Assembly: GCA_013331805.1 (NCBI GenBank)
Contig: DUFS01000038.1
Coordinates: 6,313 to 46,802, forward strand
DNA length: 40,490 nucleotides
Source: Candidatus Micrarchaeota archaeon
GTDB lineage: Archaea > Micrarchaeota > Micrarchaeia > Anstonellales > Anstonellaceae
Reading direction: 5' to 3'
The notes beneath the pieces are model-generated. The model did no database searches. It was not told the origin of the DNA and saw only the letters and a program-made list of their open reading frames with translations. The stretch's first letter is position 1, and the number at the start of each line of letters is the position of its first letter. A program made the position numbers and the translations under genes. Positions 7,820 through 17,500 of this stretch are shown one piece after another.

Positions 7820-9175
7820 ATGCAGAAGACCCACACGGTGGAAATTGTGATATACGAGAAGCTCAAGATAAGCATGAACCCCTACCAGCTCTACTCGCTT
7901 GTGCAGCGCGAGCACCCCGAGTCCTTCCTGCTTGAGTCCCTGGAGGGAAAGGAAAGGCTGGCCCGTTTTTCCTTCATCGGCTTTGACCCGAAAAAGCACC
8001 TGAGGGGCAAAGGCGGGGTGGTGGAGGTGGAAGGCGAGCAGATCGAGTCCTCCGAGCCGCTGCGCGTGCTGGATTCGGTCCTCCCCAAAAGGCAGCTGGA
8101 CCGTGCAGGATTCGTGGGGGGAGCGGTCGGGTACTTTTCCTACGACTACGTGCGGAACCTGGAAAACCTCCCCTCCAGCCTGCCTGACGAGCTTGGCTTC
8201 CCAGACTTCGAATTCGGCATATTCGAGGACTGCGTGATTTACGACCACCACGACAAGTCCGTGCGCTATTTGTCGCATTCCGAAGACCGCTCAGGGCAGG
8301 TGCTCTCGCTTGCCAGGCAAAGCCCGGAATACGGCGAGTACGAAGCCGGCGTGCCGAGTGCGGACATGGGCAGGGAAGAATACCTCTCGGCTGTGGCGGA
8401 GGCAAAGGAGAAAATCAGCGGCGGGGAGATATTCCAGGCCGTGCTGTCCAGGCGCTATTCCTGCCCCTTCAAGGGCAGCCTGCTTAGCTTCTACAATTAC
8501 CTGAAGCAGACCGACCCCTCCCCCTACCTTTACTTCCTCTCGTTCGGCGAGAGGAAAATAATCGGCTCCTCGCCCGAGAACCTGATAAGGGTGGAGGGGG
8601 ACCGGATGGAAAGCTATGCTACGCTGGCAGGCACCATGCCGCGCGGGAAGACGCCTGCAGAGGATGCTTCACTTGAGAAAAAGCTGAAATCCGACGAGAA
8701 GGAGAGGGCGGAGCACCTCATGCTTGTGGACCTGACCAGGAACGACGTTTCCAAGGTGGCAAAGGCAGGCTCGGTGGCTGTGCCAGAGCTCATGGAGGTG
8801 CACAAGTACCGCCACGTGCAGCATCTTGCCTCGCTTGTCACAGGCAAGCTTGCCGAGGGGAAGGACTGCTTTGACGCGTTCAATGCCATCTTCCCGGCAG
8901 GCACGCTGACCGGCGCGCCCAAGGTGCGCGCAATGGAGATAATCGAGGGGCTGGAGAAGAGCAGGCGCGGGCCCTACGGCGGCGCGGTGGGATACTTTTC
9001 CTTCAACAGGAACTGCGACTTTGCCATAAACATACGCACGCTCGTTGCAAACGGCAACATCGCCTATGCGCAGGCAGGCGCAGGCATAGTCTATGACTCG
9101 GTGCCTGAGCGGGAGTTTGAGGAAACGGAGAACAAGATGAGGACCCTGCTGCTCGGGCTGGAGGCGAAGATATGA
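7820..9175 (+). CDS. trpE: anthranilate synthase component I
   Basis: 451 aa with SFLLES, a chorismate-binding domain, and the C-terminal blocks GTLTGAPKVRAMEII, RGPYGGAVGYFS and AGAGIV. Confidence 0.9.
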   Translation: MQKTHTVEIVIYEKLKISMNPYQLYSLVQREHPESFLLESLEGKERLARFSFIGFDPKKHLRGKGGVVEVEGEQIESSEPLRVLDSVLPKRQLDRAGFVGGAVGYFSYDYVRNLENLPSSLPDELGFPDFEFGIFEDCVIYDHHDKSVRYLSHSEDRSGQVLSLARQSPEYGEYEAGVPSADMGREEYLSAVAEAKEKISGGEIFQAVLSRRYSCPFKGSLLSFYNYLKQTDPSPYLYFLSFGERKIIGSSPENLIRVEGDRMESYATLAGTMPRGKTPAEDASLEKKLKSDEKERAEHLMLVDLTRNDVSKVAKAGSVAVPELMEVHKYRHVQHLASLVTGKLAEGKDCFDAFNAIFPAGTLTGAPKVRAMEIIEGLEKSRRGPYGGAVGYFSFNRNCDFAINIRTLVANGNIAYAQAGAGIVYDSVPEREFEETENKMRTLLLGLEAKI

Positions 9176-9738
9176 TCCTGCTGATTGACAACTACGATTC
9201 GTTCACCTACAACCTGCACCAGTGCCTCTGTTCTCTCGGGGGGCAGGTAACGGTGAAAAGGAACGACGAAATCGGCATAGGGCAGGTGCGCGGGATGGCG
9301 CCGGACAGGATCGTGCTTTCCCCAGGTCCAGGCCATCCGGCAACAAAGCGCGACTTCGGCGTGTGCGGGGACATACTGCGGGAGATGCGGCAAACGCCCA
9401 CCCTCGGCGTGTGCCTTGGCCACCAGGGGATGATCCTGCACTACGGGGGAAAGGTGGTGAAAAGCGTCCCGATGCACGGAAAGACCTCGCTCGTGGAGCA
9501 CAACGGCAGGGGCATTTTCGAGGGGGTGCCATATCCTGTCCGCGTGATGCGGTACCACTCGCTTGTCGGGGTAGACATACCGGACTGCCTGGAAGTCACG
9601 GCAAGAAGCAAGGATGACAACCAGGTGATGGGCGTGCGGCACAGGGACTACCCGGCGTTCGGCGTGCAGTTCCACCCTGAGAGCATAATGACCGAACACG
9701 GCAAAAAAATGCTTGGGAATTTCCTGAAGGCAAGGTGA
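9172..9738 (+). CDS. trpG: anthranilate synthase component II (glutamine amidotransferase)
   Basis: 188 aa with ILLIDNYDSFTYNL, the catalytic GVCLGHQ, and the FGVQFHPES triad region. A 4-nt ATGA overlap joins it to trpE. Confidence 0.9.
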   Translation: MILLIDNYDSFTYNLHQCLCSLGGQVTVKRNDEIGIGQVRGMAPDRIVLSPGPGHPATKRDFGVCGDILREMRQTPTLGVCLGHQGMILHYGGKVVKSVPMHGKTSLVEHNGRGIFEGVPYPVRVMRYHSLVGVDIPDCLEVTARSKDDNQVMGVRHRDYPAFGVQFHPESIMTEHGKKMLGNFLKAR

Positions 9739-10730
9739 ATGGGATGGAGATTCTTAGGAAACTCACTGAAGGCCAAGACCTGTCATCCGGCGAGGCAGAA
9801 GCCATGATGGAGGGCATGATGGCAGGGGATTACACTCCAGCGCAGACCGCTTCCCTGCTGGTGGCCCTTCGGATGAAGGGGGAAAGCGACGAGGAGATTG
9901 CCGCGTTTGCCTCTGTGATGAGAAAGCATGCTGTGAGGATTTCTCCCAAGGCTGAAAGGCTGGTCGACACCTGCGGCACAGGGGGCGACTCCTCGCACAC
10001 CTTCAACATCTCCACCTGCGCAGGCCTGATAGCATCAGGCGCGGGCGTAAGCATTGCAAAGCACGGAAACAGGAGCGTGTCCTCCAAGTCAGGCTCTGCC
10101 GACGTGCTTGAGGCGCTTGGCTGCAGGCTCCTTGAGCCCGACCTGGTGGAGAAGTGCATTGGGAAGGTGGGCTTTGGCTTCATGTTCGCGCCGTACTTCC
10201 ATCCTGCCATGAAAAACGTGGCGCCCATAAGGCGCGAGCTTGGCATCAGGACGGTCTTCAACATACTCGGGCCGCTGACCAATCCTGCCGGGGCGCATGC
10301 GCAGCTCCTTGGGGTGTTTGACGCGGGCTTTGCTGCAAAGATGGCACGAGCGCTTGCCCGGCTTTCCAGCACGCATGCGCTGGTGGTGCATTCCGAGGGG
10401 CTGGACGAAATAGGCTTTGGGAAAACAGAGGTGCACGAGGTGAGAAAGGGGGAGGTTACAGGATACGTTCTTGACGCAAGCAGGCTCGGCTTCCAAATAA
10501 GCGAGGTCCCGAAAGCGCACTCTGCGCAGGAGAGCGCGGAGATAATAACAGGTGTGCTTGGGGGCAAGAAAGGGGCTGCGCGGGACATTTCCCTCCTGAA
10601 TGCCGCGGCTGCGATTTACGTGGGCGGCAAGGCGGATTCGCTGGAAAGGGGAATGGAACTGGCGAGGGATTCGGTGGATTCTGGGAAGGCAAGGGAAAAA
10701 TTGGAAGCCTTGAAGGCATTTCCGGGTTGA
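9735..10730 (+). CDS. trpD: anthranilate phosphoribosyltransferase
   Basis: 331 aa with DTCGTGGD, KHGNRSVSSKSGSADVLEALG and FNILGPLTNP. It has a GTG start overlapping the trpG stop; an alternative ATG lies at 9744. Confidence 0.9.
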   Translation: MNGMEILRKLTEGQDLSSGEAEAMMEGMMAGDYTPAQTASLLVALRMKGESDEEIAAFASVMRKHAVRISPKAERLVDTCGTGGDSSHTFNISTCAGLIASGAGVSIAKHGNRSVSSKSGSADVLEALGCRLLEPDLVEKCIGKVGFGFMFAPYFHPAMKNVAPIRRELGIRTVFNILGPLTNPAGAHAQLLGVFDAGFAAKMARALARLSSTHALVVHSEGLDEIGFGKTEVHEVRKGEVTGYVLDASRLGFQISEVPKAHSAQESAEIITGVLGGKKGAARDISLLNAAAAIYVGGKADSLERGMELARDSVDSGKAREKLEALKAFPG

Positions 10731-10734
10731 GCAG

Positions 10735-11508
10735 ATGGCAGACATACTTGACAGGTTCATGGAAGCCGCCAAGCAGAATGTGTCATCCGGGTACTACATG
10801 GGAGGCGAGCCCTGCTTTGGAAAAAGGATTTCCCTGCGCAAGAAAATAGAAAAGCAGGATTTCCTTCTGATTACAGAAATAAAGCACGCCTCGCCGGCAG
10901 GGGAATATTCGTTTGACAACATCGACGTGCGGCAAGCTGCCGCGGACTTTGCAGATTGCGGGTCAGACGCCATCTCAGTTGTGGTGGAGCCGCAGATATT
11001 CAAGGGCCATCTGTCCAATGTGGCGGCGGCAAAGAAGGCATCAGGCCTTCCCGTGCTCTTCAAGGATTTTGTCATCTCGGAAAAGCAGATCGAGGCAGCC
11101 CACCGCGTTGGCGCGGATGCTGTCCTGCTCGTAGTCAAGGTGGCGGACCGGCTGGGGCTGGACTTGGACGGGCTCATTTCGCAGGCGCACTCGCTTGGCC
11201 TTGAGGTGCTGCTGGAGACTTATGATGCGCAGGAGATGAAGAAGGCAATGAGGACGGATGCAGACTTGCTTGGCATAAACAACCGCGACCTTGCCACCCT
11301 GAAGGTGGACCTGCAGAGGACAAGGAGGATAATGGAGGAGAACGGAAAGCCGGACAGGCCCGTCATTTCCGAAAGCGGCATAGAAGGCGAGACTGATGTG
11401 AGGTATGTGAGGCAATTCGGGGTGAGCGGCGTTCTTGTAGGGACCGCAATTTGGAAGGCTTCCGACCTTCGCGCAAAGGTGGTTGAACTGAAAAAAGGGG
11501 CGAAATGA
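10735..11508 (+). CDS. trpC: indole-3-glycerol-phosphate synthase (monofunctional length, no PRAI domain)
   Basis: 257 aa with [28 protein letters not shown] and ISESGI, the blocks typical of IGPS. Confidence 0.9.
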   Translation: MADILDRFMEAAKQNVSSGYYMGGEPCFGKRISLRKKIEKQDFLLITEIKHASPAGEYSFDNIDVRQAAADFADCGSDAISVVVEPQIFKGHLSNVAAAKKASGLPVLFKDFVISEKQIEAAHRVGADAVLLVVKVADRLGLDLDGLISQAHSLGLEVLLETYDAQEMKKAMRTDADLLGINNRDLATLKVDLQRTRRIMEENGKPDRPVISESGIEGETDVRYVRQFGVSGVLVGTAIWKASDLRAKVVELKKGAK

Positions 11509-11509
11509 A

Positions 11510-12673
11510 ATGAAGAAGTATTTTGGAAAATTCGGAGGGCAGTTCGTGCCTGAAACGCTGGTGATGGCGCTGCAGCAGCTGGAGCATTCGTACCTGACGG
11601 TTGGCAAAAGCCGCAAATTCCGCCAGGAGCTTGGCAGGCTGCTCAGAACATACGCAGGCAGGCCAACGCCGCTTTACCTTGCCAAAAAACTCACGGCAAG
11701 GGGGGGCGGGGCGAAAATCTACCTCAAGCGCGAGGACCTGCTCCACACCGGCGCGCACAAGATAAACAACGCCATAGGCCAGGCCCTGCTTGCCAAGATG
11801 TCCGGCAAACGCAGGCTGATCGCTGAGACCGGCGCAGGCCAGCACGGGGTGGCAACTGCAACCGCTGCCGCGCTTCTTGGCATGGAGTGCGACGTGTACA
11901 TGGGAAGCGTTGATATCGCAAGGCAGGCGCCAAACGTTTACAGGATGGAGCTTCTTGGCGCGCGCGTGATCGAGGTTGCAAGCGGCAGCCGCACGCTCAA
12001 GGACGCCATAAACGAGGCCATGCGCGACTATACCGCAAGTTTTGAAACAACGCACTACCTCATAGGCTCGGCGCTTGGGCCGCACCCCTACCCGGCGATG
12101 GTGCGGGACTTCCAGTCTGTCATAGGGAAGGAGGCGAAAGGGCAGTTTGCCGCGGCAGAAGGCGGCGTTCCCGATGCGCTGGTGGCATGCGTTGGCGGGG
12201 GCAGCAATGCAATAGGGCTCTTTTTCCCCTTCCTGAATGAAAAGGTGAAAATGTACGGAGTGGAGGCAGGCGGCGACGGAAACGGGCACGCCGCAAGGCT
12301 GACAGGCAAGGGAAAGCCAGGCGTTCTTCATGGCATGAAGACCTACCTTCTCGAGGACAGGCATGGCCAGATTGCTGATACGCACTCTGTTTCCGCAGGC
12401 CTTGACTACCCTGCGGTGGGCCCGCAGCATTCGCTTTTCATGGAGCAGGGAAGGGTGAAGTACGCGGAGGCAGATGACAGCGAGGCGCTATCCGCGTTCC
12501 ACCTGCTTTCCGAGCTTGAGGGGATAGTGCCAGCGCTTGAATCCGCCCACGCGGTGGCATTCGCCCTCAAGCTTGCGCGCGGGATGGGCAGGGGAAAATC
12601 AATCATAGTCAATTTGTCAGGAAGGGGCGACAAGGATGTTGACCACGTCCGCAAAATAGAGGGAGAGCGATGA
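11510..12673 (+). CDS. trpB: tryptophan synthase beta chain
   Basis: 387 aa with [23 protein letters not shown] (the PLP lysine), [10 protein letters not shown] and GGGSNAIG. Confidence 0.95.
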   Translation: MKKYFGKFGGQFVPETLVMALQQLEHSYLTVGKSRKFRQELGRLLRTYAGRPTPLYLAKKLTARGGGAKIYLKREDLLHTGAHKINNAIGQALLAKMSGKRRLIAETGAGQHGVATATAAALLGMECDVYMGSVDIARQAPNVYRMELLGARVIEVASGSRTLKDAINEAMRDYTASFETTHYLIGSALGPHPYPAMVRDFQSVIGKEAKGQFAAAEGGVPDALVACVGGGSNAIGLFFPFLNEKVKMYGVEAGGDGNGHAARLTGKGKPGVLHGMKTYLLEDRHGQIADTHSVSAGLDYPAVGPQHSLFMEQGRVKYAEADDSEALSAFHLLSELEGIVPALESAHAVAFALKLARGMGRGKSIIVNLSGRGDKDVDHVRKIEGER

Positions 12674-13473
12674 GGCTGTCACAAATGTTCAGCAAAACGA
12701 AGGGCGCGGCATTCATGCCCTACGTCTGCTGCGGAGACCCTAATCCAGAGTTCACGCTCAAGCTTGCGAAGGCGCTGGCGCAAAACGGCGCGGACGCAAT
12801 AGAGCTTGGCATCCCTTTTTCCGACCCCATTGCAGATGGCAAGTCAGTGCAGGCGGCCTCTGCCCGTGCGCTCGTGGCTGGAATGACGCCGGAAAAAGCC
12901 ATCGGCATTATTGGCAAGCTTAGGAAAGAAGGCATCGGCGTCCCCATCGTGGCAATGACGTATTACAACATCCCATTTTCGTTTGGCGAGGAAAAATTCG
13001 CCGTTGAGCTGAAAAAAGCCGGGGCGCAGGGCTTGATTGTGCCCGACGTTCCTATAGATGAGTGCGGGCCACTGTCAGCAGCCTGCCGCAAAGCGGGCTT
13101 GGACCTGGTGCAGCTTGCCACGCCCAACTGCAGCGATGGCAGGCTGAGGAAAATTGCAGCAAGGACAAAAGGGTTCCTTTATGCTGTTTCTGTTGTCGGC
13201 ATCACCGGAGCAAGGGGCAGGATGGATGCGCGCGCCATCAGGCTGGTGAAGAGGGCAAAAAGGATGGGCGTCAAGGTGGCTGCGGGCTTTGGCATATCCT
13301 CTCCTGCGCAGGCAAGGGAATTTGAGCAGGCAGGCGCGGACGGCGTGATAGTGGGCAGCCGCCTTGCTGACCTGTACTCGCGGTTCATCAGTGGAAAACT
13401 GATCGGCGAGAGGCGCGCGCTTGCGGCAGCTTCAAAATTCGCGCGGGAGATGAAACGGGCGTGTCTGGGGTAA
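12670..13473 (+). CDS. trpA: tryptophan synthase alpha chain
   Basis: 267 aa with [30 protein letters not shown] and GFGIS. A 4-nt overlap joins it to trpB. Confidence 0.9.
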   Translation: MRLSQMFSKTKGAAFMPYVCCGDPNPEFTLKLAKALAQNGADAIELGIPFSDPIADGKSVQAASARALVAGMTPEKAIGIIGKLRKEGIGVPIVAMTYYNIPFSFGEEKFAVELKKAGAQGLIVPDVPIDECGPLSAACRKAGLDLVQLATPNCSDGRLRKIAARTKGFLYAVSVVGITGARGRMDARAIRLVKRAKRMGVKVAAGFGISSPAQAREFEQAGADGVIVGSRLADLYSRFISGKLIGERRALAAASKFAREMKRACLG

Positions 13474-13522
13474 GCATTTTAAAGGTGGGGCTGCACAACA
13501 CCATCCACATCGAGGGTTTTTC

Positions 13523-13630
13523 GTGGCTAACGGCGAAGCGCAAGAGAAGAACTGGAGCTATTCCGGCTTCTTTAGCTTCGGCTATAGCCACTAGGAAAAC
13601 CACGGCATCTTTTTCTTTTCCTGGTTTTTC
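13523..13630 (+). terminator. putative trp-operon terminator: long imperfect hairpin followed by oligo-T tracts
   Basis: GTGGCTAACGGCGAAGC (13523-13539) pairs with GCTTCGGCTATAGCCAC (13575-13591) at 14 of 17 positions. It is followed by CTTTTTCTTTT (13609-13619) and GTTTTT (13624-13629). Oligo-T runs are the known archaeal termination signal. Confidence 0.4.
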
Positions 13631-13648
13631 CGGTGCTAAAATGGCTAT

Positions 13649-13660
13649 GTTAAAAAATAT
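13649..13660 (+). promoter_or_regulatory. TATA-like box upstream of the aro operon
   Basis: GTTAAAAAATAT lies about 20-30 nt upstream of the DAHP synthase ATG (13680). This fits a leaderless or short-leader archaeal transcript. Confidence 0.4.
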
Positions 13661-13679
13661 CGCTTGAGGGGTTGAAAAC

Positions 13680-14492
13680 ATGAAAAACATAAAACTGGCC
13701 GCGCAGACTGGCAGCGGCAGGACGGTAGTGAGGGTGGGGAACGTCAAGGTGGGCGCAGGCTTCAGCATAATTGCCGGCCCCTGCAGCGTGGAGTCCGAGG
13801 AACAGACGCTGGAGACTGCGCACGCGGTCAAGGCGGCAGGAGCAGACATGCTGCGGGGGGGCGCGTTCAAGCCGCGGACCTCGCCCTACGCGTTCCAGGG
13901 CCTGGGCCTGAAGGGCCTGAAAATACTGGAAAAGGCACGCGAGGAGACCGGATTGCCGATCGTCACCGAAGTGATTGACACGCGCGACGTTTCCTGGGTG
14001 TGCGAATACGCCGACGTGCTGCAGATTGGCGCGCGCAACATGCAGAACTTCTCGCTTCTCCGCGAGGTTGGAAAGGCTAACAAGCCTGTGCTTCTCAAGA
14101 GGGGCATGCACTCCACGCTGGAGGAGTGGATGAACTGCGCCGAGTACATACTTAACGACGGCAACCCGGACGTCATACTCTGCGAGCGGGGCATCCGCAC
14201 TTTCGAGAATTACACCAGGAACACGCTGGACCTATCGGCAGTGCCTGCTGCGCGCGAGCTCACCCACCTTCCCATAATAGTGGACCCGTCGCACGGGACA
14301 GGCAGGGTGCCTCTCATCGCCCCGATGAGCCTGGCAGCTGCAGCCTGCGGCGCTGACGGCCTCATGATAGAGGTGCACAGGAACCCGTCAGAGGCGCTCT
14401 CGGACAAGGAACAGGCGCTAACCCCTGCGCAGTTTGCCAAGCTTGCCAAACAGTCGCGCGCGGTGCACAAGTTCGTGGGTGGATTGGAATGA
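13680..14492 (+). CDS. aroF: 3-deoxy-7-phosphoheptulonate (DAHP) synthase, class I-beta, no regulatory extension
   Basis: 270 aa with [40 protein letters not shown] and IVDPSHG. This is the KDO8P-synthase-like I-beta core. Confidence 0.9.
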   Translation: MKNIKLAAQTGSGRTVVRVGNVKVGAGFSIIAGPCSVESEEQTLETAHAVKAAGADMLRGGAFKPRTSPYAFQGLGLKGLKILEKAREETGLPIVTEVIDTRDVSWVCEYADVLQIGARNMQNFSLLREVGKANKPVLLKRGMHSTLEEWMNCAEYILNDGNPDVILCERGIRTFENYTRNTLDLSAVPAARELTHLPIIVDPSHGTGRVPLIAPMSLAAAACGADGLMIEVHRNPSEALSDKEQALTPAQFAKLAKQSRAVHKFVGGLE

Positions 14493-15517
14493 GGAGGATT
14501 ACCCTTGAAGCAAAATCCGGCTGCTGCGAGATATTGGTAGGCGAGAGGCTGGAAAACCTCCGGGACTATGCAAGCGCTCCCAAGGTGGCGGCTGTCACCG
14601 ACTCAAACGTGAAGCACCTGCTTGCCCCCAGGTTCCCAAAAGGGGAAATCATCGAGGTTCCGGTTGGCGAGAAGGCAAAGGCGCTCGAAACAGTTTCCAT
14701 GATTTACGAGCGGCTGCTGTCCCTGGAATTCGAGCGCGGCTCGCTTCTGGTGGGGATTGGCGGAGGGGCTGTGTGCGACGTTGCCGGTTTTGCGGCAGCC
14801 ACGTACCTCCGCGGCATCCGCACCGCGCTTGTGCCAACCACGCTCCTTGCGCAGGCAGATGCAGCGGTTGGCGGGAAAAACGGGGTGAATTTCAAGGGCT
14901 ACAAGAACCTGGTCGGCACCATCCGGCAGCCCGAGCTGGTGCTTTGCGACCTGGACACGCTCTCCGGCCTTCCAAAATCCGAGCTGCGCAACGGCTTTTC
15001 GGAAATAGTGAAAAGCGCGGCAATCGCGGACGCCTCCCTCTTTTCCTACCTTGAGGACCATCATGCCGAAGCCATGGCGCTCAAGAGGACTGCCATAGAA
15101 AAGTGCGTGCACGGCGCGCTTGCGGTAAAGGTCAAGGTGGTGCAGGAGGACGAAAACGAGTCGGGCGAGCGCAGAAAGCTTAATTTCGGCCACACCCTTG
15201 GCCATGCCGTGGAAAAAGTTACTGGCAGGCCCCATGGGGAGTCGATCAGCATAGGCATGGCCGCGGCAGCAAGGCTTTCAGTGGCAAGGGGGAGGCTTTC
15301 AGAAAAGGATGCCGGAAGGCTGCTCTCGCTGCTTGAAAAGATGGGGCTGCCCACCAGTGCAGGAGTGGATGCGTCCTCAGCGCTTGACGCCATCAGGAAG
15401 GACAAGAAAAGGCAGGAGGAGGGCATCAATTTTGTGCTGCTTGAAGGAATAGGCAAGGCAGTGGTTGAAAAGGTGAGTCTTTCCGAGCTGGAGGCTGTTG
15501 TCAATGATTTGCATTAG
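14489..15517 (+). CDS. aroB: 3-dehydroquinate synthase
   Basis: 342 aa with [42 protein letters not shown], and the metal ligands in [11 protein letters not shown]. Confidence 0.9.
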   Translation: MRRITLEAKSGCCEILVGERLENLRDYASAPKVAAVTDSNVKHLLAPRFPKGEIIEVPVGEKAKALETVSMIYERLLSLEFERGSLLVGIGGGAVCDVAGFAAATYLRGIRTALVPTTLLAQADAAVGGKNGVNFKGYKNLVGTIRQPELVLCDLDTLSGLPKSELRNGFSEIVKSAAIADASLFSYLEDHHAEAMALKRTAIEKCVHGALAVKVKVVQEDENESGERRKLNFGHTLGHAVEKVTGRPHGESISIGMAAAARLSVARGRLSEKDAGRLLSLLEKMGLPTSAGVDASSALDAIRKDKKRQEEGINFVLLEGIGKAVVEKVSLSELEAVVNDLH

Positions 15518-16145
15518 CATAAAGGAGAAAACCGCAAAGGCTTGCCTTGCCGCAATGGCAGGCGAGGAGTTCGTTGAAATCCGCCTGGAGGAAATGGAGA
15601 TAAGAAAGGAGGACATGGAAGAGCTGTTTTCCAGAAAGCCGCCAGTTACGATAGCGACCTGCAGGCCTGGCGCCATAAGCGATGATGAGAGGAAAAGGAG
15701 GCTGCTTGGGGCGATCGCATCCGGTGCTGCCTTTGTGGATGTTGAAGTCGACGCATCCGAGGATACTGTGAGGGGAGTGGCGGAGGCGGCAAAAAAGAAA
15801 GGCTGCAGCGTGATCGTGTCCTACCACAATTTTGAAAGGACGCCTGTTGCAGCCGAGCTTGAGCAGATCGTCAAGTGGTGCTTTGATTCAGGCGCTGACA
15901 TAGCCAAGATCGCATGCAAGGTCAATTCCGAGGCGGATGCCGCGCGGCTGCTGGGCCTGCTTGGGGGCGGCAAGCGCTTGGCAGTGGTCGGCATGGGGAA
16001 GAAAGGCAGGCTGGTCAGGGCAATGGCCCCGCTTCTTGGAAGCGCGATTGCATACGCCTCAAGGGCCAGGGGCAGGGAAACTGCCGAGGGGCAGATGGCC
16101 AAGGAGGAGCTCAAGAAGCTCATGGAGGAGTTTGGAAATGTCTGA
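15504..16145 (+). CDS. aroD: 3-dehydroquinate dehydratase, type I
   Basis: It starts MICISIK; the ORF track uses a TTG at 15498. It has a VDVEVD block, SYHNFERTP and ADIAKIACK (the Schiff-base lysine context). It overlaps the aroB end. Confidence 0.85.
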   Translation: MICISIKEKTAKACLAAMAGEEFVEIRLEEMEIRKEDMEELFSRKPPVTIATCRPGAISDDERKRRLLGAIASGAAFVDVEVDASEDTVRGVAEAAKKKGCSVIVSYHNFERTPVAAELEQIVKWCFDSGADIAKIACKVNSEADAARLLGLLGGGKRLAVVGMGKKGRLVRAMAPLLGSAIAYASRARGRETAEGQMAKEELKKLMEEFGNV

Positions 16146-17463
16146 GTTCCAGCTGTTCGCAGTCGCCGGAAAGCCAGTGCTGCACAGCATCAGCCCGCAG
16201 GTGCACAATGCCGGATTTGCCTCCCTGGGCATCAGTGCAGCCTACATCAGGCTATCTGCCGGCAGCGGAAGCGAGGCAATAGCAACAGCAAGGCAGATGG
16301 GCATAAGCGGGTTGAGTGTCACGGCGCCATTCAAGGAGGAAGTGTTCGGGCTCTGCAAAGCGCTGGATCCCAATGCCCGCGCAACAGGCGCGGTCAATAC
16401 TGTGCTGATCGGAAGGAGGGTGCTTTCGGGCTTCAATACCGACGTGGACGGCGTGCGGCTGGCACTTGAACAAAACGGCGTGCGGATTTCCAAAAAGCGC
16501 GCGGTGGTTATTGGCGCCGGAGGGGCTGCCAGGGCAGCTGCGTTCGCCCTGCGCAAGGCGGGTGCAAGCGTTACCATAGCCAACCGCACCAGGCACAAGG
16601 CTGAAAAACTTGCAAGGGAATTCGGCTGCGCAAGCTGCGGACTGGAAAAAAAAGAGCTTTCGGCAGCGCTTTCGGACGCAGGCATCCTGGTTTCCACGGT
16701 AAGCACGCACAAGAGGCTGGTTCCTGCCTCCATGCTTCGGAAAGGGATGGCAATACTGGATGCGCATTACGCCAGGAAAACCGCGCTGATGTCAGACGCA
16801 AACAGGAAGGGCTGCAAGGTGCTTGGGCCGCAGGAGTGGCTGCTCTGCCAGGGCTTGGCTGCATTCAAGCTCTTCAGCGGAAGAAAGGCTCCGGAAGCTG
16901 CCATGCGCAAGGCGGTTGACAGCGCCTTTGCTGCAAGGAGCCGCAAGCTGGGGGGAAGCATTGCGCTGGTGGGCATGATGGGCAGCGGCAAAAGCACCAC
17001 TGCCGGGGAAATCGCCAGAATTTCAGGCATGAGGGCAGTGGAAACCGACGCAATGGTGGAGAGAAAACAGGGCATGAGCATAGGGGAGATATTCCGAAAG
17101 CATGGCGAGGCTTATTTCCGAAGGCTTGAGAGGGAAGCCATTGCAGAGGCCTGCAGCCTGAAAAGATGCGTGATTTCCTGCGGGGGCGGAGCGGTGCTGG
17201 ACCGGCAAAACGTTGCAATGCTCCGCAGAAGCTGCGTGGTTGCCTGGCTCTGGGCAACGCCTGAGGAAAGCCTGCGGAGAATCAGGGGGGACATCACCAG
17301 GCCGCTATACAACGTGAAAAACCGTCTGCAGCTTGCGCGCAGGGTAATGAGGGCAAGACTGCCACTCTACGCCCAGGCATCAGACCTTACTGTGCAGGCC
17401 GGAGGCAGGAAGCCTTCGGAAATAGCTGAGGGGATAATGGATGAAATCAGCCATGGCCGCTGA
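16138..17463 (+). CDS. aroE/aroK: bifunctional shikimate dehydrogenase / P-loop (bacterial AroK-type) shikimate kinase fusion
   Basis: The AroE part has GKPVLHSISPQVHNAGF, SVTAPFKE, NTD and VIGAGGAARAAAFAL. The C-terminal part has IALVGMMGSGKSTTAGEIA, VETD, GMSIGEIFRKHGEAYFRRLE, CGGGAV and RPL, the classic AroK signature. The start is placed at ATG 16138 (ATGTCTGA overlap with the aroD stop). The 15937 start in the ORF track is an out-of-context Arg/Trp-rich extension overlapping aroD. Confidence 0.85.
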   Translation: MSEFQLFAVAGKPVLHSISPQVHNAGFASLGISAAYIRLSAGSGSEAIATARQMGISGLSVTAPFKEEVFGLCKALDPNARATGAVNTVLIGRRVLSGFNTDVDGVRLALEQNGVRISKKRAVVIGAGGAARAAAFALRKAGASVTIANRTRHKAEKLAREFGCASCGLEKKELSAALSDAGILVSTVSTHKRLVPASMLRKGMAILDAHYARKTALMSDANRKGCKVLGPQEWLLCQGLAAFKLFSGRKAPEAAMRKAVDSAFAARSRKLGGSIALVGMMGSGKSTTAGEIARISGMRAVETDAMVERKQGMSIGEIFRKHGEAYFRRLEREAIAEACSLKRCVISCGGGAVLDRQNVAMLRRSCVVAWLWATPEESLRRIRGDITRPLYNVKNRLQLARRVMRARLPLYAQASDLTVQAGGRKPSEIAEGIMDEISHGR

Positions 17464-17500
17464 AAGCGCGGCTCAGGCATATGGCAGGAGAGGATGAATA

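Noticed and set aside
11363-12430. A 355-aa ORF antisense to trpB.
   Set aside because: trpB on the plus strand is certain (PLP-lysine motif and full-length collinearity). The antisense translation has no recognisable motifs and a junk-like composition.
13461-13667. A 68-aa ORF in the trpA-DAHP synthase spacer.
   Set aside because: It has no RBS or promoter context and overlaps the trpA stop. It spans the hairpin and T-tracts that are better explained as terminator and promoter elements.
15937-16137. A 67-codon N-terminal extension of the aroE::aroK ORF (MPRGCWACLGAASAWQW...).
   Set aside because: It overlaps the 3' third of aroD in another frame and is Trp/Arg/Gly-rich nonsense. The canonical AroE N-terminus begins at ATG 16138, which overlaps the aroD stop as at other junctions in the operon.
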